The notes under the pieces are model-generated. The model searched no databases and was not told where the DNA came from. It saw nothing but the letters and a program-made list of their open reading frames with translations. Shown in pieces: positions 25,684 through 35,629 of a stretch of 45,086 bases of DNA (its first letter is position 1; each line of letters opens with the position of its first letter). The position numbers and the translations under genes are program-made. This DNA is from a virus (lineage: Duplodnaviria > Caudoviricetes): positions 1 through 45,086 of the IMG/VR virus record IMGVR_UViG_3300037991_004194; one strand, written 5' to 3'.

Positions 25684-28092
25684 TTAGGGGAAATTATTCG
25701 GATCAACCATGCCTGGATACAAGGAATATTCAATCTCTGTTCGTACGTTATTAGATAAAATTTGACCTGTTCCTGCGGTATTAGTGAAGTTGTTAGATTG
25801 GTTGTTTCCTAAAGACTGAGTTCTTTTAAAGAAATTTTGACCAAAGCTAAGATTGTTAGTCATTCCTGCAGTTTCTTGAATCATCACATTATTAGAAATA
25901 CTGCAAGTTGTATTAGCTTCAACTCTCACTGCTGTAGCACTCGGGTTACCAGTATCAATAATATTTGTAGTAGGATCTTCCTTAGGGCAGCCGATATTGT
26001 AGAAATAATTATTTGAGATAATTACACCATCTGCGTTTTCAGATTTAATATCAATAGCATTATCATTAAAATAAGAAAAATTATTATTTGTAATGACCAA
26101 TCCACGGATAACTGGATCTCTACCTTGAGGTCTTACTCCAGGATTATCTTGATGAACTTTGACAACGATTGCATTATCACACCTTTTAAGTGAAGTGCCG
26201 TTCATTGATGTAGGCGTATTACAAACTGACGCTCTATAAGTATCATCGTTACCATAAAATGAATTACCAGTAATTACATTTCCATCAAATCTGCCGTCAT
26301 TTAAAGCAATATAGGCCCCACTGCTTGTTTGGTTTCCAAACGAGTTATTGCTGATAATACAATTTTTTAAACCACCACCAACACCATTCGAGTAAACAAC
26401 TCCATTATCAGGATTATCTCCAAGTGCACCACCAACAGCTCCAGTACTATTGAACTCTAAAAGTTGCCCACCAATATCTGATAAACAACCGTCAATAACC
26501 ATCCCAGTGCATTGGAATTTACCATACATTTTAATACAATTTGCCCGTTTATTCATATGGAATACACAACCAAGAATCTGCATTCTTCGCCAGCCGTAGA
26601 TACCACCTTGCTGTTCGTTGCGTACACTATCATTTAAAGAGCAAACTTGTGAATCTGGTATATTGTTATTCAAGCCAGTACGTACAGACAAAATATCTCT
26701 GCCAGGTCTGTTAGGGAAGGTAAGGACCAATCCAGTGTAATTACTATTAAAAGTACAATTACTAATAAAACCATTGCGGCCTACATACTTTAAGCAGCCA
26801 TTTCTGTCACCACCTCTACCTTTAGAACTAAACCCACAATCTATAAACTTAGTATCCATATCAGCAGAATCATTCTGCTTTCCTATGACATTTCCATTAT
26901 CATCTAACTCTACATTGTCAGCATGTTCTTGAGTGTTAAATGCATAGCCATTATTGTCATATTTTCTAAACGCTAAAACTGTACTGTAATTATTGTATGT
27001 CAAATCGTCTTCATCTGAAGAACCATCATCATAATCAGGGGGATCAATTCCACCAGAAGCTTTAGCTTGATGTCCTTTAAAGGTAATACCTCTTACATTA
27101 CCTTTATTAGCAAGACAAAATTGCCCACCATGAGGAGATCCATCAGACGTAATGATGGTAGGTGGAGTTCTCCATAGAATAATTTTACTTTGACCAGCTA
27201 CATCTTCTACACGTTCTTCCATTGTAAACCTAGTCACACCCATACCTTCACCAACAAGAGTTACAGGCTCTGTTTTAACTACAGGATCAAGTAAATTGTA
27301 TTCACCCGCAGGAAAAATAACAGTTTTAATTGGACCGTTGGTGAGTACTACTGATGGATCGACTAGACCTTGTGCAGGGTCGGCTGGGTCAACAAGCGGT
27401 CGAATAGGATCATTTTGAAGTGCTCTGTTAAAAGCTGCAGACCAATTTTCTCGTGTATAAGCTTGCGCCACAGTATAAACACCGTCAGCAGCAGTATCGC
27501 CTATGTTCCAAGTCTCAGTTGTAGATAGCCCAAATAGTGGATCAAGAATACTGTAAACACCTACAGCAAACTCTTCTTCATTAGGTTCGATCCTGAATAC
27601 ACGTTGTTGCTGTGCACCATTGTTATCTATGTATCTATCCTTTACCCAAATACCTTCATTGTTGCTCGTTTCAAGTGTCAGCCTTTCATTATCTTTTACA
27701 CTAATTCTGCCTTCAAATGTTCCATCAGTAGAGCTATTAAAAACAATTCTAGGCCCAATCTGGCTAGTCTCATCTCTTAAACCAATCCTGCCTGGATCTA
27801 CATCAGTATATTTTTGAACTCCACTGCTGTTTCTAAATAATTCAAAGTGACATATGTTATCACCAGAATCATTAGCTGTGTTTCCTGAATTTAAAACATC
27901 TTGAAGGGTAGGGTCACCTGTACGCCTACCTCCATTACCTCTCCATACAGCTTCTTGCAGTTCATTGAAAGCAACAACTGTATAAAGGACATTGTTTTCG
28001 CTAGAAAACCATATGTCACCAATTTGTAAAGGACCTCCACCGGGTATACCGGCTTCAGTCCTATCTTCTGGAAAATCAATACCTATTGTCAT
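25684..28092 (-). CDS. Tail spike-like protein with right-handed beta-helix (pectin-lyase-like)
   Basis: AFNRAL...VIFPAGEY...LVGEG start-of-helix motif; repeated IISNN.F/ITGNSF rungs. Confidence 0.8.
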   Translation of the reverse strand: MTIGIDFPEDRTEAGIPGGGPLQIGDIWFSSENNVLYTVVAFNELQEAVWRGNGGRRTGDPTLQDVLNSGNTANDSGDNICHFELFRNSSGVQKYTDVDPGRIGLRDETSQIGPRIVFNSSTDGTFEGRISVKDNERLTLETSNNEGIWVKDRYIDNNGAQQQRVFRIEPNEEEFAVGVYSILDPLFGLSTTETWNIGDTAADGVYTVAQAYTRENWSAAFNRALQNDPIRPLVDPADPAQGLVDPSVVLTNGPIKTVIFPAGEYNLLDPVVKTEPVTLVGEGMGVTRFTMEERVEDVAGQSKIILWRTPPTIITSDGSPHGGQFCLANKGNVRGITFKGHQAKASGGIDPPDYDDGSSDEDDLTYNNYSTVLAFRKYDNNGYAFNTQEHADNVELDDNGNVIGKQNDSADMDTKFIDCGFSSKGRGGDRNGCLKYVGRNGFISNCTFNSNYTGLVLTFPNRPGRDILSVRTGLNNNIPDSQVCSLNDSVRNEQQGGIYGWRRMQILGCVFHMNKRANCIKMYGKFQCTGMVIDGCLSDIGGQLLEFNSTGAVGGALGDNPDNGVVYSNGVGGGLKNCIISNNSFGNQTSSGAYIALNDGRFDGNVITGNSFYGNDDTYRASVCNTPTSMNGTSLKRCDNAIVVKVHQDNPGVRPQGRDPVIRGLVITNNNFSYFNDNAIDIKSENADGVIISNNYFYNIGCPKEDPTTNIIDTGNPSATAVRVEANTTCSISNNVMIQETAGMTNNLSFGQNFFKRTQSLGNNQSNNFTNTAGTGQILSNNVRTEIEYSLYPGMVDPNNFP

Positions 28093-28106
28093 TTTATTTG
28101 TTGTTG

Positions 28107-28172
28107 TTAGTTAGTTTCGAGAGCAGCAATACCATCACATTGCCCGACTTTCCAAACGTAGGTTTTTGCTAT
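28107..28172 (-). pseudogene. Possible deletion remnant of tail-associated gene(s)
   Basis: 22 codons starting ATA: IAKTYVWKVGQCDGIAALETN*. Confidence 0.4.
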
Positions 28173-28202
28173 AGTTAAATGAATACAGGTTCCGTGTAAA
28201 TG

Positions 28203-28227
28203 AAAAGCCTCGCGTTGCTGCGGGGCG
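28203..28227 (-). terminator. Probable terminator after the tail fibre gene
   Basis: GCCCCGC-AGCAAC-GCGAGGC followed by TTTT (one stem mismatch). Confidence 0.5.
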
Positions 28228-28235
28228 GTTTAGTG

Positions 28236-31200
28236 TTAGCAAGCCATCAGTACACAAGGCACGCAATAGCTTCCATCCGAGTAAGTAGTAGAAACGGTGG
28301 TGCTTGTCACCTTGGCAATCGTCTTAGAACGCACGATGTCATCATCTTGAGGCTTAGCCGTACCATCACCTGCAGACATCAATAGATCTCCGCGTTCAAC
28401 TGTTGTCCCTTGTGCAATGCGAATAATAAAGTCACCCGTCATTGCACAATAGAAATCATTGGTGTATACGTCGTCGTCATCGTCCCAACATTGAAATACA
28501 CCAGCAACATTGCGGTCACCCTCAACATCACTAACCTTCATTCGGTTTAGCTGTTCGTTATCTTCAGAGCCTGCATCGCGGGCAGGTTCTTTTACATCTC
28601 CAACACTGACACCTTCAGGAAGCTCATCATCTTCTGTGTAAAGCACTGCATCTTGAGCTTCATAAGCCCATTCACACATTTCATCAAGGTTGCTCAGTAC
28701 AGAACCTCGTAAAATTTCTGTACGATCTACACCGCCAGGCAACTGTGACCAGCGAGATAAATGACCGCCGTTGTAAGAAACAGTTGAGCCAGAAACTGAA
28801 ATATTACCTTCTAAATTACCTGCATGATATAAATGAACTAGGGGTCCATCAGTACCAGTCCTATTAATAAAAATACTAGGGGCACTTTGTCTTGTTGCAT
28901 CGAATGAGCCATTGGCATTTAATACATGACCTGCAACAGAAAAAGTATTAGCTGTTTTACCTATCAGTACAGTTCCAGTTGCGGTGATGTTGCCGTCCGC
29001 ACCAACCTTGACGCCAGTATTAGGATAGGTGTCATAACCTGCGTACACATTTCCGTCAAAAAGAGCACTGCCGCCTGCGCTGATTTCCCCGTCTGGTTTT
29101 AATTGAATTGCTGAATAGTTAGCGTCATTAATATTATCAACACCAACAATCAGTGAGGAGTTGCTGTTGTTTCTGAAAATTCCGCGTGTCCCCTTTACGC
29201 TGCCACTAAATACAGCGGAACCGTCCGCTGCTATCGAGCAGTTGGTACTTGATCCTACTTTGCCTTGGAAAAACAGTTCGCCACCATTGGAGGCAGTCCG
29301 TGTTGATCTAAAGAATTTGTCACTGTCAACAATTCCAGCAAATGTAGCGGCGCCGTCTGCTTTGATTGTGCTTGTAGCCGCAGTAGTAGAAACTGCCCCA
29401 TTCCGCCCTTCAAATACCGGACCTGAACTGTTGTGTTGTATGGCTAAGACAGTTGACCTGTCACTTTTATTATTTTGTGCTTGAACCGCATGAGTGGTGT
29501 TGTGACTGCTACTCCCAAAATCACCACGCCCTGCAAATGTAGCAGACCCGTTAGCCTTGATGTCGACACCCGCTACGCCATTTAGGGTCGCGTAAAAAGC
29601 ACTGCCGGTGGCATTTGTGCGATTAGATTCGAAATAACTATCACTTTTAACCCTGCCATTAAATTCGCCGGAACCATCGTATTTAACTCTATAAACGGTT
29701 GCTCCATTGTAGTCAGCAACAAAAGCATCTGCTGAACTGGCAGTAACACTAGACGGACAAGTACCTAGGAATTGGCCTCTGTTACTAGTGCTTCCAGATG
29801 TAACCCTTTGATTAAATGTAGCGGAACCGTTGTTATTAAGTCTGATGACTTGATTTTGAGAAGCATTACTTACTACAAAAGATTCAGTACCAAAAGTCGA
29901 TGCAAGATTTTGTTTGACTTCAACAGGACCAACAAATGTAGCGGACCCGTCAGTTTGAATACCCACCTTAAGATTACTACTGCCGTCAAAAGCAGCAAAT
30001 GCGTAATCAGTACCATTGACGTTAGAACTTAGTGCAGATTTGATTGCAAAACGATTGCTTTGGATGTAACTGTTGTATTCGCCGGAACCATCATGGCTTA
30101 ATTGGATTGCTGTGCTGGTGTTGTCACCTGTTTGCCTAACTCTTATAAAACTACTATCGTTGATTGATAAGTCACCAGCAAATGTAGTTGTACCATTATC
30201 ACTAATTTGCATCCGCTGAGAGCCATTAACGTAAAACGACATTGGCGTAGACGCTCCAGCAGCAGATATCTGAAAATCAGCATTTGCTGCAGACAATTGT
30301 CCTGTTAATGTCCCGTTGTAGTACCAATTTGCGTTAGCAGTGTTTGCAGTTCCGCGATCAAGTTTTAAGACGGGGTTTACATCTTTAACGACGTGTAAAG
30401 CAGCACTAACTGAAGTAGTGCCCACACCTACGTTACCCGAGCTATCAATTTTCATCCGGGTGTCCCCAGCTGTACCAGTGTGGAAAGTAGTGAATCCACT
30501 TTTTATTGATAATGAGGCACTTGCTGATGTTGCGTAATAGCTGTTTTGAATGTTTGCTGCAGTACTCCCACTGTTTGTTTGCTCAAGAAGTAATCCTGTA
30601 GCGGTTGACGAACCTCCAACTTTTAACTGACCATTGTTAGTACCACTTGTTCTAACATCAAGAGCATAAAGGGGCGAATTAGTTCCGATCCCGACGTCCG
30701 AAGCAAAACTGGCTGATCCATCTCCAGCATCAAGTACAATATTGTTAGTACCTAATGTAAGATTACCGGTCATATTGTCACCACCAGCTTCTACATAAGC
30801 TGTCAGATCGCTACTTGTAACTGCTGAGATTTGAGTTGTACCATCAGGAAATTTAAAACCACCTGAAGTACTTTCTACAACGTTAGCGAAAGTTGCTGAA
30901 CCATCTAACGCCAGCACAGCTTTATTAGTATCTATAGTTAGAGGGCCATACAAACTAAGTGTATCGCTTGTCGTAGCTGGTGTTAGGTAACTGACAAGAT
31001 TAGTAGTTGTTCTAGTAAATAGTGGTGCCGGTACAGTAGGAATCGTAGGCGCGTTTGTTAGGTCATTAAAATCACCAGACAACGCTACATCAGCCAACAA
31101 AGTCCAAGTATTATCGCTATTAGCGTCTACTGCAGAAGTTCTTGCATAATGCCTGCCATACGGAGATGCTGGAACATCTGACAAAGCAGGGTTTCCATCA

Positions 31201-31925
31201 TCATCATAGATAAGAGACCACTGACCATCTTGTCGTGCATAGATATTTCCGTCTTGAGGTGCATCACCTAATGAAGCACTTGCAGATACCCATTGTTGAC
31301 TATCTCCATCTTTATAATAAATATAGAGATTACCATCATCAGTATCCCACCACAATTGACCATTCCAATTAGGAGTAGCTGGTGGGTTAATACCCATTGA
31401 AACTAAACGCTGTAGGCGAAGTTCTACAGCTTTAGCAGATGCAATATAGCAATCACATGGGTCCCAAGCATTATTAGAATAAATAGTCTCACCATATTTT
31501 TTCCAATAAACATCGCTTCCAGGGTCAAATTCTCCTTGAATCAATCCTTCCACGATACAACGAGTATCTTCAATAGCATTAGCTAGTTGTTCGAAGTTGT
31601 CGTCAAGATCTTGTGCTTTTATTGGATGTCCAGCTTCAAAATCTGCCTTAATTGGATCAACTGGTGTAAGCCTGTAAATTATAATTTTTTGTTGTGCTTC
31701 AACAGGTTCGACAAATCTTACTAAAGAACCTCCTGGAACTAATTCGACTGTGTATCCATAGACAGGATCATCAGCAGCTTTATCTTGATATACTCCAACA
31801 ACTGGAGAAAAGAAGCCAACACGTACATCTGACGGCTCCATGAAATCAAATCCTAGGTTAAAGTCAGTTCTTGACCCATTACCTGTAAAATATTCGGTTG
31901 TATCGCATAGTAAATCTAGAGCCAT
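28236..31925 (-). CDS. gp17: Tail fibre (T7 gp17-like N-terminal anchor)
   Basis: FTGNGS.TDF...IIIYRLT...F.AG..IKAQDLDDNF anchor; about 11 xDGSATFAG-type repeats; C-terminal domain ending VPCVLMAC. Confidence 0.92.
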   Translation of the reverse strand: MALDLLCDTTEYFTGNGSRTDFNLGFDFMEPSDVRVGFFSPVVGVYQDKAADDPVYGYTVELVPGGSLVRFVEPVEAQQKIIIYRLTPVDPIKADFEAGHPIKAQDLDDNFEQLANAIEDTRCIVEGLIQGEFDPGSDVYWKKYGETIYSNNAWDPCDCYIASAKAVELRLQRLVSMGINPPATPNWNGQLWWDTDDGNLYIYYKDGDSQQWVSASASLGDAPQDGNIYARQDGQWSLIYDDDGNPALSDVPASPYGRHYARTSAVDANSDNTWTLLADVALSGDFNDLTNAPTIPTVPAPLFTRTTTNLVSYLTPATTSDTLSLYGPLTIDTNKAVLALDGSATFANVVESTSGGFKFPDGTTQISAVTSSDLTAYVEAGGDNMTGNLTLGTNNIVLDAGDGSASFASDVGIGTNSPLYALDVRTSGTNNGQLKVGGSSTATGLLLEQTNSGSTAANIQNSYYATSASASLSIKSGFTTFHTGTAGDTRMKIDSSGNVGVGTTSVSAALHVVKDVNPVLKLDRGTANTANANWYYNGTLTGQLSAANADFQISAAGASTPMSFYVNGSQRMQISDNGTTTFAGDLSINDSSFIRVRQTGDNTSTAIQLSHDGSGEYNSYIQSNRFAIKSALSSNVNGTDYAFAAFDGSSNLKVGIQTDGSATFVGPVEVKQNLASTFGTESFVVSNASQNQVIRLNNNGSATFNQRVTSGSTSNRGQFLGTCPSSVTASSADAFVADYNGATVYRVKYDGSGEFNGRVKSDSYFESNRTNATGSAFYATLNGVAGVDIKANGSATFAGRGDFGSSSHNTTHAVQAQNNKSDRSTVLAIQHNSSGPVFEGRNGAVSTTAATSTIKADGAATFAGIVDSDKFFRSTRTASNGGELFFQGKVGSSTNCSIAADGSAVFSGSVKGTRGIFRNNSNSSLIVGVDNINDANYSAIQLKPDGEISAGGSALFDGNVYAGYDTYPNTGVKVGADGNITATGTVLIGKTANTFSVAGHVLNANGSFDATRQSAPSIFINRTGTDGPLVHLYHAGNLEGNISVSGSTVSYNGGHLSRWSQLPGGVDRTEILRGSVLSNLDEMCEWAYEAQDAVLYTEDDELPEGVSVGDVKEPARDAGSEDNEQLNRMKVSDVEGDRNVAGVFQCWDDDDDVYTNDFYCAMTGDFIIRIAQGTTVERGDLLMSAGDGTAKPQDDDIVRSKTIAKVTSTTVSTTYSDGSYCVPCVLMAC

Positions 31926-31927
31926 AG

Positions 31928-34900
31928 TTACCTAGTTGGTATGAATATTGGTGCTGAAGACGATTGACGAGTCGCTTCATTATTTCTCAGTACACGTTCT
32001 TTGTCTTCTTGCAATACCTTTATGACTAATTGGTCATTGCTTATATCTGCCCAGGCTGCTTTACGTGCTTTGTCAAATGCCTTTTTAATTAGCCTGTTAT
32101 GTGTATAAGATTTTGGATCAACATAGTCATCGCCGCTTTCAAAATCTTTGTTCATCAATGCAATAGAATCCTGAACATCTTTTCTTTTTGCAAGCTTGTC
32201 AAGTTCATTTAGCAACCCTTGTTTACCGATTGCTTCTTGAAACAAAGCTCTTACTTTCGGATGTTTTGCAAGGCTGACTGTACCTCTTGGTGTTGGAGCT
32301 GTCATTGTAGATACTTTGAGGTCGTATCTACTTTCAAATAGCATTTGCCTGCCTGGACTATTGTCGTCAATGTTTAAAGGGACAGGAAAAACTGCATTAT
32401 AAAGACGTACAATTGGATGGAAATAGTTAATAGGCTTTCCGCTTAATAGGTCAGTTTTGTTAGGCAGTTCACCATCAAAAGCAATCCCTTCAGTCAGAAG
32501 GTTGCGATTCCGTATTGTCTCACCAATACTCTTATTAATTTCTTTCATGCCCGGATTAAATATTCTTCCAATATCATTACGCACACCAGCAAGTGGAACA
32601 GTGTTGTTCATTAAATTGCCTACAATTTTTTGGAATTTGTATGGTTCATTAGATACTATTTCACTAAGCTGAACAATACCTTCCATGTATGACTTAGTAG
32701 CCATACCAAAAGTCGCACCTGCAGCAATTCTTAGAAGGTTTTGTTCTGTCCATTCAGGTCCCATCAGTTGTGAATTTTCAACAACATCTGATACTGCATA
32801 GAGTAAAGTATTGAAAGGCTCAAATGATTCAAGCCCGATCCACACATCACCAAATTTAATTGATCGTGGTTTCCAATTACTTTCGAAAAGAAAGTTACGT
32901 AAAGAGCGATCTTCAGGCCCGTTGCCATGCAACTCCCCGTTCAGGGCTTTTTGTACTGCAAGGAACGTTACTGCAACACCTAGAGTTTGACGCCCAACCA
33001 TCAAGGCCTTTTCATTTGCTAGATCTTCAGCTGTATTGATGCCAAACTGTCGGACATTTTCCAAATTATCAGCACTTGCAGTTAAAATAGCGCGTTGTTT
33101 TTTAAGAAAAAAGTTTAGTCCAGGTGTATATTTAGATGTCATAGCAATTCCATTGATGCCAGTCCTAGCAAACAAAAAGAAAGGTTTTATCCATGGGTTT
33201 TGATCAAACATCTTTTCCATGTTTTTCGCAAGCCCATCAAGCGGGGCATTTAGCTTTACCTCATGAGCAGCTTGTTTAATAAACTCGTCTTTGAATGTAC
33301 CATCAGAATCGTAGACTTGTTTAAAAAACTTTTCTTCAATTAATTTTAATGTTTTTTTGTCTACATTTTTTCCGCTTTCTAATACTTCTCTCACTGCTAG
33401 CTCTTTAGCACGGCTCCTAGCCATAATTACGTCGAACGCTACGTCTTGTGCATTCATTATGTTGGAGTTTAAAGTAAGGACTGGATTCATGTTTAGTCCA
33501 TGAGCTAATTTTGTAAGTCTGAATGCAGTTTTGTCTCCCGCAGTACCTCTTGTCTCGATCCATCGTTCCATACGTGTGAAGTCTTCTGTGCGACGTTCAT
33601 ACTCAATGTATCGATTACCCATCTTCGTAAAATCACCACTCCAATTAGAAGCGACTCGTGATTTAAAGACCTGAAACGATTCAGGGATTGTATCGATTAT
33701 TGCTACTGTTGATGCAAGAGAGCTTCTGGCCGTTCTCATGTCTCCACGAAAGCCAGCCCCTATTGTCATAGATAAGTTTCTAAGTGCTGTGTTAAATGCT
33801 GTACCTAGAAAGGCTCTTACAGGTGTTTTAAATCCACTTAGGATACTGTTAATCATCACTGCTTGCAGTTCTCTAACAATCATCCCAACTTCTTTCTTAC
33901 CGTTTAGTTCTCCACCTTTATGCTTCAGACGCATAAACTTATCTAGGTCTTCCATGCTATTCACATCTTTCATCTGTTTGATAGCATCAACCCAAGAATC
34001 GACAAAACTTTGGTCGTCACCTTTGCGGATAAACTGCATGACCATGTTCAAAGCTTCTATTGTTTCTTCCTGTTCTTTGTTTAGTTTTGCCATTACAGCT
34101 TTACGTGCTTTAGGTCCATCAGGACCTGCCAATCTTTGAAGCTGTAAACCTGACAAGTATCGGGTTCTTCGCGTTAAAGCCATACCAGTGACAATTCGGT
34201 CAGCAATAGTTTTAAGAGGACCATCACCGTCAAGTATGTCCCTAAAATCAATCATTTCTGCACTAACTTGTCCGAGATCACGAATCTGTTTGATCATCGA
34301 ACCTACGGCAATGTCAATAGTTAAAACATCTTCAGTTCTAATATAGTCAGTATCTAAATCATCACCGAATGGACGTGCTTTGCCATCCTCACCAATAACG
34401 GTTCTTTGTCCTGTACGCGCACGATACTTTTTAGGAAACAGTCGTTCGTAAAATTCTTCCGCACTTTGTTCTGGATTTCTTCCGTTGATTATTTGGTGAG
34501 CACGGTTGAAAGAACTTTTAAAAACTTCTTTCATTGGTCTGTTCTGTCTTTGTGCTTCTGTCATCATTTGCACAAAACGTTCGTCTGAAACAGTTTGCTT
34601 GACAAGTTTTTTAAATTCTTTTTCTGTGACATCTGCTCCTCCCATAGCAATTCTTTCGACCATAGTTGGAGTCAATGCTGATTTTGTAGAACCACGTTCA
34701 GCACTAGGATCATTGTCAATTTGATCTAGCTGTTTCTTAATTTCCATAGGCGACCCTTGCGACATGTGAGCCCCTTGCTGTGACTCCATCATGTTTTTAT
34801 TTTTACTGCCGCGTTTTCCAGGGTCCTTTAGTTCTTCTCTACCCTTTTCAATAGTTTGTTTTTCAACACTAGCGTTTCTATTGTTTACTTCATCTAAAGC

Positions 34901-35626
34901 TTTGGCTAGATCATCTCCTCCTTTTACTAAGCCACGAGTTAGCACTATCCCATCGATAACTGCACCAATTCCCATCCCTTCGACTACATTTTTGAGAGTC
35001 ATCATTAAAGGATGATCTGTGTCTTTAGTTGCAAGCGGTCCTAGTACGTTATCCATTACTGGAAAATGATCAACAATCATTCCAGACAAATTTTCTTCTT
35101 GTGATTGAGCTGTAACTAGATCAACTCCAGCACCAGTGATAGCACCTTTTGCAAGGAGAGGTAACTTAGTTGTTACACCAGCTGCTCTTACACCCATACC
35201 ACCTAGTTTTAATAAACCACCGACAGGAATAAGAAGGGTTGCTAAATTAACACCCCCGCGCAAAACACCACCCCACCAAGTTTGTGTTTCAAATTGGTCA
35301 GGTTGTAGGGGGTCCCAATCTGGTGTGTAGTTGTCACCTGCTTCAACCATTTCACCATTGAACATATCAATGGCCCGTTCAGGCAAAGTTAAAATGTCAC
35401 TACCAGCATCAGCAAGTCCACCAACAACAGCATTACCTATCTCTTTCCCAACGTTATTCTTATTTTTCTCCTCTTCTATTTGTTTGTTTTGTTGAATTCT
35501 TTGATCTTCAGCTAGTTGTTGCTCGTACTGAAATTGGGCTCTTTCTTGTAAGAAAGCCTCTGATCTGGCTATGTCTGACTCTAGTTTGTGTTCGTCAATT
35601 TTATTAGTGTCAGTGATGTAATCCAT
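31928..35626 (-). CDS. gp16: Internal virion protein D (gp16-like)
   Basis: 1232 aa, position before the tail fibre, PFFLFARTGIN motif. Confidence 0.8.
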   Translation of the reverse strand: MDYITDTNKIDEHKLESDIARSEAFLQERAQFQYEQQLAEDQRIQQNKQIEEEKNKNNVGKEIGNAVVGGLADAGSDILTLPERAIDMFNGEMVEAGDNYTPDWDPLQPDQFETQTWWGGVLRGGVNLATLLIPVGGLLKLGGMGVRAAGVTTKLPLLAKGAITGAGVDLVTAQSQEENLSGMIVDHFPVMDNVLGPLATKDTDHPLMMTLKNVVEGMGIGAVIDGIVLTRGLVKGGDDLAKALDEVNNRNASVEKQTIEKGREELKDPGKRGSKNKNMMESQQGAHMSQGSPMEIKKQLDQIDNDPSAERGSTKSALTPTMVERIAMGGADVTEKEFKKLVKQTVSDERFVQMMTEAQRQNRPMKEVFKSSFNRAHQIINGRNPEQSAEEFYERLFPKKYRARTGQRTVIGEDGKARPFGDDLDTDYIRTEDVLTIDIAVGSMIKQIRDLGQVSAEMIDFRDILDGDGPLKTIADRIVTGMALTRRTRYLSGLQLQRLAGPDGPKARKAVMAKLNKEQEETIEALNMVMQFIRKGDDQSFVDSWVDAIKQMKDVNSMEDLDKFMRLKHKGGELNGKKEVGMIVRELQAVMINSILSGFKTPVRAFLGTAFNTALRNLSMTIGAGFRGDMRTARSSLASTVAIIDTIPESFQVFKSRVASNWSGDFTKMGNRYIEYERRTEDFTRMERWIETRGTAGDKTAFRLTKLAHGLNMNPVLTLNSNIMNAQDVAFDVIMARSRAKELAVREVLESGKNVDKKTLKLIEEKFFKQVYDSDGTFKDEFIKQAAHEVKLNAPLDGLAKNMEKMFDQNPWIKPFFLFARTGINGIAMTSKYTPGLNFFLKKQRAILTASADNLENVRQFGINTAEDLANEKALMVGRQTLGVAVTFLAVQKALNGELHGNGPEDRSLRNFLFESNWKPRSIKFGDVWIGLESFEPFNTLLYAVSDVVENSQLMGPEWTEQNLLRIAAGATFGMATKSYMEGIVQLSEIVSNEPYKFQKIVGNLMNNTVPLAGVRNDIGRIFNPGMKEINKSIGETIRNRNLLTEGIAFDGELPNKTDLLSGKPINYFHPIVRLYNAVFPVPLNIDDNSPGRQMLFESRYDLKVSTMTAPTPRGTVSLAKHPKVRALFQEAIGKQGLLNELDKLAKRKDVQDSIALMNKDFESGDDYVDPKSYTHNRLIKKAFDKARKAAWADISNDQLVIKVLQEDKERVLRNNEATRQSSSAPIFIPTR

Positions 35627-35629
35627 AAA

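Noticed and set aside
25684-31925. Diversity-generating retroelement or invertible tail cassette
   Set aside because: No reverse transcriptase, no TR/VR pair and no invertase or inverted cassette seen.
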